From positions 32,001 to 96,000 of the IMG/VR virus record IMGVR_UViG_3300032138_000524: a stretch of 64,000 nt of DNA. One strand, given 5' to 3'. The stretch comes from a virus. Lineage: Duplodnaviria; Caudoviricetes. Every line of letters starts with the position of its first letter. The stretch's first letter is position 1. The position numbers and the translations under genes are program-made. The notes under the pieces were generated by a model that saw only the letters and a program-made list of their open reading frames with translations, searched no databases and was not told the DNA's origin. Positions 18,543 to 27,199 of this stretch are shown in pieces.

Positions 18543-18758
18543 ATGAACACAGGTACAGTAAAGTGGTTCGACGCTAAAAAAGGATATGGTTTTATATCTG
18601 ATACGGCGACGGATGGCTCAAAAGACTATTTTGTCCATTTCTCCGAAATTCAAACAGACGGCTTTAAGACTTTAGCAGAAGGTCAAAAAGTTGAATTTGA
18701 AATTGGAGAAGGTACAAAAGGTGCTGTTGCGAAGAATGTTAAATCAGCAACAGAATAA
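18543..18758 (+). CDS. cspA: Cold-shock protein
   Basis: [15 protein letters not shown]...[22 protein letters not shown]. Confidence 0.93.
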   Translation: MNTGTVKWFDAKKGYGFISDTATDGSKDYFVHFSEIQTDGFKTLAEGQKVEFEIGEGTKGAVAKNVKSATE

Positions 18759-18778
18759 ATTAAATTTAGCATAAAAAG

Positions 18779-18810
18779 TTGGGTTGTTTTTGTAACAACC
18801 CAATATTTAT
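18779..18810 (+). terminator. Hairpin, probable terminator
   Basis: Perfect 10-bp stem TTGGGTTGTT/AACAACCCAA followed by a T-rich tail. Confidence 0.55.
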
Positions 18811-18881
18811 TATTGTCAACGGTTATACCAATGACAATTAACTAATAACAAATAAAAATAATAATAATAAGGAGATAACAA

Positions 18882-19652
18882 ATGGATATTGAAGCCGTAC
18901 GAAAGCGATTAGCACAGTTACAAACTTCAAGTACTCGCACCACAAACTTGTGGAAACCTCAACCCGGAAAAACACAAATCCGAATTTTACCATACAAACT
19001 AAATACAGATACGCCGTTTATCGAGCTATTTTTTCATTATGATTTAGGTGGAAAGTCTTATCTTTCACCAATCTCATTTGGTCGTCCAGACCCGATTGAA
19101 GAATTTGCCGAGAAACTTAAATCTTCAGGAAATCGTGAAGATTGGCGACTTGGAAAGAAATTGGAAGCAAAACTCAGAACTTTTGCACCAGTTGTAGTTC
19201 GTGGTGAAGAAAATCAAGGATCTAAGTTTTGGGGTTTTGGTAAAACAGTATATCAAGAACTATTATCAATCATAGCAGATCCTGATTATGGTGATATTAG
19301 TGATCCAGTAAATGGACGAGATGTAGTTGTTGAGTTCAAAACAGCCGAAGAAACTGGAGCATCGTTTCCAAAAACTTCTATTCGAGTTAAACCGAATCAA
19401 ATACCAATCACAGAAGATAAAGCAGTTCTAACTACTTTACTTGATGATCAAAAAGATATACGAGAAGTATATAACGAGTTAAGTTATGACGAACTTGCAG
19501 AAGCTTTAGGAGATTGGTTAAACCCAAGTGAAGATGGAGAAGAAAAATCATCCAAAAGTGATCCAGTTCCAGCATCAACATCAACATTAGCAAGTGCAAC
19601 AAGTAATACTACTAATGTTAGTGATGCATTTGATGATCTGTTTAATAAGTAA
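18882..19652 (+). CDS. Single-stranded DNA-binding protein (gp32-like)
   Basis: LWKPQPGKTQIRILP, FWGFGKTVYQ, DISDPVNGRD; acidic C-terminal tail DAFDDLFNK; lies next to UvsX. Confidence 0.8.
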   Translation: MDIEAVRKRLAQLQTSSTRTTNLWKPQPGKTQIRILPYKLNTDTPFIELFFHYDLGGKSYLSPISFGRPDPIEEFAEKLKSSGNREDWRLGKKLEAKLRTFAPVVVRGEENQGSKFWGFGKTVYQELLSIIADPDYGDISDPVNGRDVVVEFKTAEETGASFPKTSIRVKPNQIPITEDKAVLTTLLDDQKDIREVYNELSYDELAEALGDWLNPSEDGEEKSSKSDPVPASTSTLASATSNTTNVSDAFDDLFNK

Positions 19653-19667
19653 ATAAAGGAGACATAT

Positions 19668-20774
19668 ATGTCTGTATCAGCAAAAGACGAACTTGCACAA
19701 GTTCTTGCCGATAGTCTTAATAAACAGTTCAAGGATACAAAGGTAGCTTATTTTCTCGATGGTTCTAATGCTACTCCAACTGATATCAAGGAATTCGTAT
19801 CTACTGGTTCATCTGTATTAGACCTTGCAATTTCCAACCGTCCAAACGGTGGAGTTGCAGTTGGTCGTATTACAGAAATCAATGGATTGGAATCAAGTGG
19901 TAAATCTCTAATAGGAACTCACATTCTTGCTGAAACTCAGAAAAAGGGTGGTGTTGCAGTCTATATAGATACTGAAACATCAGTTAGTAGAGAATGGTTA
20001 GAAACTATTGGTGTAAATGTTCAAGACTTGTTATATCTTCATGTCGAAACCGTTGAAGATATATTCGAATGTATTGAAAGTATCATTAGTAAGATTAGAG
20101 AATCAGATAGAGAAAGGTTAGTTACAATTCTTGTAGATTCACTTGCAGGAGCATCTACCAAAGTAGAAATGGAAGCCGACTTTGAGAAAGACGGATGGGC
20201 AACGAGTAAAGCGATTATCGTTTCAAAAGCGATGAGAAAGATTACTCAAATGGTTGGTCGTGAGAGAATAGCTCTCGTATTCACCAATCAACTCAGACAA
20301 AAACTCGGAGTAATGTTCGGTGATCCGTGGACTACTTCTGGTGGAAAAGCATTACCATTTCACTCATCAACTCGTATTCGTTTAAAGAATATGGGGCAAA
20401 TTAAAGATACAAGTAAAAATGTATTAGGTATGAAGTGTAGGGCACAGATTATTAAAAATCGCTTGGGTCCTCCACTTCGTCATGCTGACTTTAACTTATA
20501 TTTCGATAGTGGTATTGATGATAAGGGGAGTTGGTTACAAGTATTAAAAGACCACAAACTTCTAAAGATTGCAGGAGCTTGGTATACCTTGAATTTTGAA
20601 GGTAAGGATATCAAATTTCAATCTAAAGATTTTGAGAAAAAATTAGAAGAAACTGATGGACTCCAAGAACACTTGTATGACCAAATCTGTGATGCATCTA
20701 TACTAAAGTATCAATCAGCCGATTTAGGTATTGATGATGTAGTATATACAGATGAAGTAGTCGGTGATGAGTAA
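19668..20774 (+). CDS. recA: RecA/UvsX recombinase
   Basis: GRITEINGLESSGKS, YIDTE, VDSLA, FTNQLR, TTSGGKALPFH. Confidence 0.92.
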   Translation: MSVSAKDELAQVLADSLNKQFKDTKVAYFLDGSNATPTDIKEFVSTGSSVLDLAISNRPNGGVAVGRITEINGLESSGKSLIGTHILAETQKKGGVAVYIDTETSVSREWLETIGVNVQDLLYLHVETVEDIFECIESIISKIRESDRERLVTILVDSLAGASTKVEMEADFEKDGWATSKAIIVSKAMRKITQMVGRERIALVFTNQLRQKLGVMFGDPWTTSGGKALPFHSSTRIRLKNMGQIKDTSKNVLGMKCRAQIIKNRLGPPLRHADFNLYFDSGIDDKGSWLQVLKDHKLLKIAGAWYTLNFEGKDIKFQSKDFEKKLEETDGLQEHLYDQICDASILKYQSADLGIDDVVYTDEVVGDE

Positions 20775-21831
20775 TGAAAAATACCTTTCTATTCTCGATG
20801 AGATAAAGAAACACGGCGGCGATGTAGATTCAACAAATCCCAATGAAAAAATACTGATAATAGATGGCTTAAATACCTTTATTAGAGTGTTTAGTGTTAT
20901 ACCAACTACTAATGATGATGGAATTCACATTGGTGGAATAGTTGGTTTTCTGAAATCAGTAGGTTACGCTATAAAAATGTTGGCACCCACAAGAACCATC
21001 ATAGTATTTGATGGTAAAGGTGGGAGTAATCGTCGCCGTAAAATTTATCCAGAATACAAGGCAAAACGAAGAACAGCAAAAATCCGACTCAATCGTGTAA
21101 ACGATTTTGAGAATATAGAAGATGAGCGTCATTCTATGATGATGCAACTATCACGTTGCGTTGAATACTTAGAATGTCTGCCAGTATCTATCCTTTCCAT
21201 TGATAGTGTAGAGGCGGATGATGTTATTGCCTATGCTGCAAAACAACTCTTACCGAAAAGTAAGGTTACAATCATGAGTACCGATAAGGATTTTTTGCAG
21301 TTAGTAGATGATAGAATATCTGTGTGGTCGCCCACCAAAAAGAAACTATACAAACCTGATATGATAAAAGAAGAATATGGTGTAACACCCAATAATCTTT
21401 TAATGTGTAGAATTTTTGACGGCGACCAATCAGATAATATAAAAGGGGTATTGGGTATAGGAACTAAAACTCTCGTAAAGAATTTTCCTGATCTTAAAGA
21501 TGGTGTCCATTATTCAGTAGATGATATTATCAAAACAGCAGAAAGTAAGAAAGATAGTGGTGATGGTAAATTTTACAACACTATTTTAGAACAAAAAGAT
21601 ACTATGCATATGAACCATAGATTAATGCAGTTACAAGAAGTAGATATAAGTGGTTCAGCAAAACTTAAAACAAATAATATCGTAAATGGTAAAATACAAG
21701 AATTAATAAAATCAAAATTCCAAACAATGTTTATAGAAGATAGGATGTTTGGTGCATTACCTAATATGGATAGTTGGTTAATGACAGTTTGGGCAAAACT
21801 TAATAGATTTGCGAAGATAAACAATGGGTAG
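20767..21831 (+). CDS. 5'-3' exonuclease / T4 RNase H-like flap nuclease
   Basis: IIDGLN, VFDGKGG, YPEYKAKR, EADDVIA, STDKDFLQL, GDQSDNIKGVLGIG. Confidence 0.9.
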   Translation: MSNEKYLSILDEIKKHGGDVDSTNPNEKILIIDGLNTFIRVFSVIPTTNDDGIHIGGIVGFLKSVGYAIKMLAPTRTIIVFDGKGGSNRRRKIYPEYKAKRRTAKIRLNRVNDFENIEDERHSMMMQLSRCVEYLECLPVSILSIDSVEADDVIAYAAKQLLPKSKVTIMSTDKDFLQLVDDRISVWSPTKKKLYKPDMIKEEYGVTPNNLLMCRIFDGDQSDNIKGVLGIGTKTLVKNFPDLKDGVHYSVDDIIKTAESKKDSGDGKFYNTILEQKDTMHMNHRLMQLQEVDISGSAKLKTNNIVNGKIQELIKSKFQTMFIEDRMFGALPNMDSWLMTVWAKLNRFAKINNG

Positions 21832-22006
21832 AAAAAAGAAATATTATACTAAAGAAGAAAAACTTGAAGCTCAACGAAAGTGGCAGATGGACCACTATGA
21901 GCGTAATAAATCCAAAATTCTCAAGAAAGCTAAAGAACGATATAGACTAAAAAAGATAGAAGATAGACGAAAGGAAAAAAGGAGAAAAATGTATGGGGAG
22001 CAGTAA
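21824..22006 (+). CDS. Small basic protein
   Basis: 60 aa, K/R-rich; overlaps both neighbours. Confidence 0.55.
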   Translation: MGRKKKYYTKEEKLEAQRKWQMDHYERNKSKILKKAKERYRLKKIEDRRKEKRRKMYGEQ

Positions 22007-23687
22007 ACTAATCAACGGAGATTGTTTAGAAGAACTGAAAAAACTTGATGATGATTCTATAGACTTACTCTGTACAGACCCACCATACGGATATGGATTT
22101 ATGGGGAAACATTGGGATACATTCCAAGAGAAAAAATCTACAAAATCTCAATCAGTAGGTTGGATGAGTCCTGGTATGAAGAAATCCACATATGGGATGA
22201 AAGAGTTTTTTGTTCCTATTTGGGAAGAGGCATTAAGAGTATTGAAACCAGGAGCATTCTCATTCGTTATGTCTGCACCAAGAAGTGATGTTCAAATGGT
22301 TATGTTACAAACTTTACAAGAATCAGGATTTGATGTGAGTTTCACACCAATTTATTGGACATACGCTACAGGTTTTCCAAAGGCTATGAATATTGGTAAG
22401 GCGGTAGATAAGAGATTGGGTAAAGAACGAGAGGTTATTGGAGTGAAGAAACGAGGTGATGTAGAAGAAGCCAAGAAACGAGGAACTACATTTACTCAAG
22501 CAGAGGCTAACCAAAATAACAAAGATATATTTGGATATGGGGAAGAAGAAATAACATCAGGACCAGCATCAGACGAAGCCAAGAAACTTGATGGAAGTTA
22601 CGCAGGATACCAACCAAAACCAGCGGTAGAAGTAGTAATTGTGGCTATGAAACCATTAGAACAAAAAGGTTATTTAGACCAAGCACTTGATAATCAAAAG
22701 GGAGTAACTTGGTTAGATGATTGTAGAATACCATTTGCAGGAATGAGTGATTCAGAACAATACGAGAGTGATAGAAAAGGATTTATAGAAAGAAGTTCCA
22801 TAGAAGAAGGTTCGGTATATGCTGAAGAATATGGTGGAACATATAATTATGGATTTAAGAAACCGATTAGTAAAGATTTAGAACAATATAATAAGGATAA
22901 TGTAGGTAGTCAGAAAAACTTTGATACTGAGGCAGACGGATTGTCCAGGGGAAATCAACCATCAAGAAAAACCACAAAGAGGAAACCGAGAGAAGAAAAT
23001 ACGGTATTTAAGACAAGTGGATTTAAGAGTGAAGATAATGATACAGCAGAAGCATCACCACTCGGTAGATTTGCAGCAAACTTGTTGGTAAGTGATGATG
23101 TGTTGAATGTTGAAAGTAAAGGTCAGTTAGCACCAACTACTGGTAAAGAACCATCTAATTACAAAGAGAATAATACACATGGTAGTTATTTGGGTTATCG
23201 TAAAGAAATGAAACCAAGAGATGATGGAAATTCATTCAGTAGATATTATAGTTTAGATGCTTGGTGGGAAGATAGGGTTAAGAAATTACCAGAAGAAATA
23301 CAACGGACATTTCCATTTTTGATAGTTCCAAAGGCGAGTAAATCTGAAAAGAATAGTGGATTGGATAAATTTGAGACAAAACAGAAGGATGAAAGAACCG
23401 ATGTAGGTAAGGGCTCTTTTACAGAAAAAGGATTACAGCCAGGTAAAAATATTCATCCAACCGTAAAACCAACAACCTTGATGAGTTACTTAGTTACACT
23501 TGGTAGTCGTAAAGATGATGTTGTATTAGACCCATTTTCAGGAAGTGGAACAACGGGAATTGCTTGTGTGTTTTCAGAAAGGAACTACATACTTATTGAA
23601 AGAGAAAAAGAGTATTTTAAGATACTAAAGGCTCGGATTGAGAAAGCAAAAAATCCAGCAGGATTAGTAGAAAATGAATGGTTTTAA
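21993..23687 (+). CDS. N6-adenine/N4-cytosine DNA methyltransferase (beta class) with long insertions
   Basis: GDCLEEL, TDPPYG, HPTVKP, VLDPFSGSGTT. Confidence 0.88.
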   Translation: MGSSKLINGDCLEELKKLDDDSIDLLCTDPPYGYGFMGKHWDTFQEKKSTKSQSVGWMSPGMKKSTYGMKEFFVPIWEEALRVLKPGAFSFVMSAPRSDVQMVMLQTLQESGFDVSFTPIYWTYATGFPKAMNIGKAVDKRLGKEREVIGVKKRGDVEEAKKRGTTFTQAEANQNNKDIFGYGEEEITSGPASDEAKKLDGSYAGYQPKPAVEVVIVAMKPLEQKGYLDQALDNQKGVTWLDDCRIPFAGMSDSEQYESDRKGFIERSSIEEGSVYAEEYGGTYNYGFKKPISKDLEQYNKDNVGSQKNFDTEADGLSRGNQPSRKTTKRKPREENTVFKTSGFKSEDNDTAEASPLGRFAANLLVSDDVLNVESKGQLAPTTGKEPSNYKENNTHGSYLGYRKEMKPRDDGNSFSRYYSLDAWWEDRVKKLPEEIQRTFPFLIVPKASKSEKNSGLDKFETKQKDERTDVGKGSFTEKGLQPGKNIHPTVKPTTLMSYLVTLGSRKDDVVLDPFSGSGTTGIACVFSERNYILIEREKEYFKILKARIEKAKNPAGLVENEWF

Positions 23688-23690
23688 TCT

Positions 23691-25055
23691 ATGAGTGATA
23701 AATCAACTTTAACACAATTTGGACACGTTTTTCAGGCCAAGATTATCTCGTCTTTACTATCAGATAAAAAATTTATACAAACTATATCAGATATTTTAGA
23801 ACCAGATTATTTCGATAGTGATGCCAACAAGTGGTTATGTGAAAATATAAGAGATTATTTCTTTGAGTATAAAACTACACCAACTCTTGACGTGATGAAA
23901 GTTAAGATAGATGAGATGGAGAATGAGATTTTACAGGTTTCAGTAGTAGACAACTTAAAAGAAAGTTGGAGAAATGTAGAATCAACAGACTTAAAGTTTG
24001 TCCAAGAACAAACATTAGAGTTTTGTAGAAATCAAGTTATGAAAAATGCCATTATGGATAGTGTTGATTTGATTGAGGTCGGACAATATGACCAAATCAA
24101 AAAAATCGTGGATGAGGCAATGAAAGCTGGTTCAGATAGAGATTTAGGTCATGATTATATTGTTGGTATAGAAGAACGACTTACAAAATCTACAAGAGAT
24201 ACCGTAAAGACAGGTTGGGACCCAATAGACGAAGTTATGGATGGTGGATTAGGTAAAGGTGAATTGGGTGTTGTCGTAGCACCTGCTGGAATTGGTAAAA
24301 CTTGGTGTTTACAAAATATCGGAGCGAATTCAGTTAAGAATGGATTAAATGTAGTTCACTATACATTAGAGTTAAATCAGAATTATGTTGGTTTGAGATA
24401 CGATACAGTTTTTAGTGGAGTTACAACATCAGATATAAAATATTATCAAGATGATGTTAAGAAGAAAATAGATGCACTTAAAGGAACATTATTGATAAAG
24501 TATTTTCCCACCAAAAGTGCTTCAGTTCAAACGTTAACTGCACATCTAAGTCAAATTGAAATACAAGGAGTTAAACCTGATTTAGTATTGGTTGATTACG
24601 CCGATATTTTAAAGGGTGTTGGTTCAGAAAAAAGACACGTTTTAGAAAATATTTATGAAGATTTAAGAGGACTTGCGGGGGAAATTGAATGTCCAATATG
24701 GACAGCTTCACAGGCGAACAGAAGTTCATTGGAAGAAGAAGTGATTGACGCTACAAAAGTTGCAGAAGCTTATTCAAAAGTAATGATAGCAGATTTCGTG
24801 GTATCAGTTAGTAGAAAGGTTGAAGATAAGATTGCAAATACAAGCAGGTTTCACGTTATAAAGAATAGATTTGGTATAGATGGTATAACTTTTCCATCAA
24901 GTATGAATACGAATATTGGTAAAATCCAGATTTACGAATCAACAACTCAGAGTGGACAAGAGGTTCAAGGTAAAATGGATAATAGTCAAGAGTATTTACG
25001 AAAACAACTGGCAAATAAATATAATGCGGAAAAAGATATGGAAGGCTTTGAGTAG
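23691..25055 (+). CDS. Replicative DnaB/gp41-like helicase
   Basis: APAGIGKT, YTLEL, LVDYAD, WTASQANR, IKNRFG. Confidence 0.9.
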   Translation: MSDKSTLTQFGHVFQAKIISSLLSDKKFIQTISDILEPDYFDSDANKWLCENIRDYFFEYKTTPTLDVMKVKIDEMENEILQVSVVDNLKESWRNVESTDLKFVQEQTLEFCRNQVMKNAIMDSVDLIEVGQYDQIKKIVDEAMKAGSDRDLGHDYIVGIEERLTKSTRDTVKTGWDPIDEVMDGGLGKGELGVVVAPAGIGKTWCLQNIGANSVKNGLNVVHYTLELNQNYVGLRYDTVFSGVTTSDIKYYQDDVKKKIDALKGTLLIKYFPTKSASVQTLTAHLSQIEIQGVKPDLVLVDYADILKGVGSEKRHVLENIYEDLRGLAGEIECPIWTASQANRSSLEEEVIDATKVAEAYSKVMIADFVVSVSRKVEDKIANTSRFHVIKNRFGIDGITFPSSMNTNIGKIQIYESTTQSGQEVQGKMDNSQEYLRKQLANKYNAEKDMEGFE

Positions 25056-25129
25056 AAGTCAGTATATATTATATTTATAGTCGGGTGTTACAAAGGAAAT
25101 AATTTTTACAACAAGGAGAAATAGTTTAT

Positions 25130-27115
25130 ATGGAAAAGTTTCAGTTATCGGAAAATTTTATAAATAAGTATAAAAGAAAAAAACCCCCGTTTGGTTTTAA
25201 TGGTTTAGGTGAATTAGTGTATATGAGAACCTATTCTCGTATTAAAGAAAACGGTAAAAATGAAAGATGGTGGGAAACGGTTAAGAGGGTTGTAGAAGGA
25301 ACTTATTCTATGCAAAAGAATTGGATTGATTCTCATCAACTCGGATGGAATCCTTGGCAAGCTCAAGCATCAGCTCAAGAAATGTACGAAAGAATGTTTA
25401 ATATGAAGTTCTTACCACCTGGCCGTGGACTTTGGGCAATGGGAACTGCTATAACAGAAGAAAAGAATCTTTATGCTGCCCTTAATAATTGTGCATTCGT
25501 ATCTACTAAAACACTTAAAGAAGATTACTCAAAACCATTTTGTTTCTTAATGGACGCATCTATGTTAGGTGTAGGAGTTGGTTTTGATACAAAGGGTGCT
25601 GGTGAGATAGTAATAAAGGGAGTTAATACTGATAGAGGAGAAGAAGTATTTAAGATACCTGATACGAGAGAAGGTTGGGTAGAATCATTAAAGTTATTGT
25701 TAGAGAGTTATTTTCATGGAACTGCACCAGTATATTTTGATTACAGAAAGATTAGACCAGCGGGAGCACCAATTAAAGGTTTTGGTGGTGTTTCAAGTGG
25801 TCATGAACCATTAGAAGAAATTCATGATGAAATTAGAAAAGTATTAGAACAAAATAGTAAAGAACCAATTACAGTTACTACAATTGTGGACATAATGAAC
25901 CTTATTGGTAAATGTGTCGTAGCAGGGAACGTAAGACGAACAGCGGAGATTGTGTTCGGTGATCCATTTGATGAGGAGTATTTGGATTTAAAGAATTATC
26001 AAGTCAATCCACATAGAGAACAATATGGTTGGACTTCCAATAATTCAATATATGCAGAACTCGGTATGGATTATACAGAGGTATGTAAGAGGATTAACGA
26101 TAATGGAGAACCTGGATTCGCATGGTTAAAGAATATGAGAAAATTTTCTCGTATGCAAAATGGTGGAGATAATAAAGACCATAGAGTTGCAGGTGGAAAT
26201 CCTTGTTTAGAACAATCATTAGAAAGTTATGAATTATGTTGTTTAGTAGAAACATTTCCGTATAACCATGAAGATTTAGAGGACTATAAAAGGACACTTA
26301 AATATGCTTATCTGTATGCCAAAACGGTAACACTTGGTAAAACTCATTGGAGTGAAACCAATAGAGTTATGTTAAGAAATAGACGAATTGGATGTTCAGT
26401 AAGTGGTGTCGCACAATTTATTACAAAACACGGAATGGATAATTTAAGAAAGTGGTTAGAGAAAGGATATGATACAATACAAGATTGGGATTGTACTTAT
26501 TCTGATTGGTTCGCGGTTCCAAAGTCAATTAAAACCACAAGTGTAAAACCAAGTGGTACGGTTTCACTTTTAGTAGGAGCAACTCCTGGAATGCACTATC
26601 CAGAGTCAAGATTCTACATAAGACGAATGAGGTTGTCAAAACATTCAGAGTTAATAGAACCACTAAGAAAAGCAGGTTACAAATTAGAACCAGCCTTCGG
26701 TTCAGAAGATTCAACGATGGTAGTAGAGGTGCCGGTAGATGTCGGGGAGGGTATTAGAACTGCGGCTGAACTTTCGATTTGGGAACAATTCAGTTTAGCC
26801 GCGTTCTTACAACGACATTGGGCAGATAACCAAGTAAGTTGTACAGCAACATTTGACCCTGAAACAGAGTCCGACCAATTACCACACGTTTTAAATTATT
26901 TTCAATATAGATTAAAAGGTATATCGTTATTACCAAGACATCCATTAGGAGCTTACAAACAAATGCCCTATGAAGCAATTACAGAACAAGATTATGAAAA
27001 ACAAGTTAAAAAACTTGGTTATTTAAGTTTTGTAGGCGTTGAAGGTGAAGAAGCAGAAATAGATAAATTTTGTAACAATGATGTTTGTGATATACCAGAT
27101 ATACCAGAAGCATGA
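25130..27115 (+). CDS. nrdJ: Class II (adenosylcobalamin-dependent) ribonucleotide reductase, monomeric RTPR type
   Basis: FLPPGRGLW, LNNCAF, VAGNVRRTAE, GNPCLEQ, TTSVKPSGTVS; C-terminal CNNDVC. Confidence 0.92.
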   Translation: MEKFQLSENFINKYKRKKPPFGFNGLGELVYMRTYSRIKENGKNERWWETVKRVVEGTYSMQKNWIDSHQLGWNPWQAQASAQEMYERMFNMKFLPPGRGLWAMGTAITEEKNLYAALNNCAFVSTKTLKEDYSKPFCFLMDASMLGVGVGFDTKGAGEIVIKGVNTDRGEEVFKIPDTREGWVESLKLLLESYFHGTAPVYFDYRKIRPAGAPIKGFGGVSSGHEPLEEIHDEIRKVLEQNSKEPITVTTIVDIMNLIGKCVVAGNVRRTAEIVFGDPFDEEYLDLKNYQVNPHREQYGWTSNNSIYAELGMDYTEVCKRINDNGEPGFAWLKNMRKFSRMQNGGDNKDHRVAGGNPCLEQSLESYELCCLVETFPYNHEDLEDYKRTLKYAYLYAKTVTLGKTHWSETNRVMLRNRRIGCSVSGVAQFITKHGMDNLRKWLEKGYDTIQDWDCTYSDWFAVPKSIKTTSVKPSGTVSLLVGATPGMHYPESRFYIRRMRLSKHSELIEPLRKAGYKLEPAFGSEDSTMVVEVPVDVGEGIRTAAELSIWEQFSLAAFLQRHWADNQVSCTATFDPETESDQLPHVLNYFQYRLKGISLLPRHPLGAYKQMPYEAITEQDYEKQVKKLGYLSFVGVEGEEAEIDKFCNNDVCDIPDIPEA

Positions 27116-27137
27116 TAAGAATTCACATACCACAAAA

Positions 27138-27176
27138 ACAGGCAGTTGACGCACCTGTGAAAAAATGCGTCTTAAC
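27138..27176 (+). promoter_or_regulatory. H-type pseudoknot in the leader of the TonB receptor gene
   Basis: S1 ACAGG/CCTGT and S2 GACGCA/TGCGTC are interleaved; ends shortly before the GAGGAG RBS. Confidence 0.5.
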
Positions 27177-27199
27177 CAAACAAAAAGAGGAGAACGTTA

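Noticed and set aside
27116-27199. Classical cobalamin riboswitch
   Set aside because: The gap is only ~85 nt and no B12-box is recognisable.
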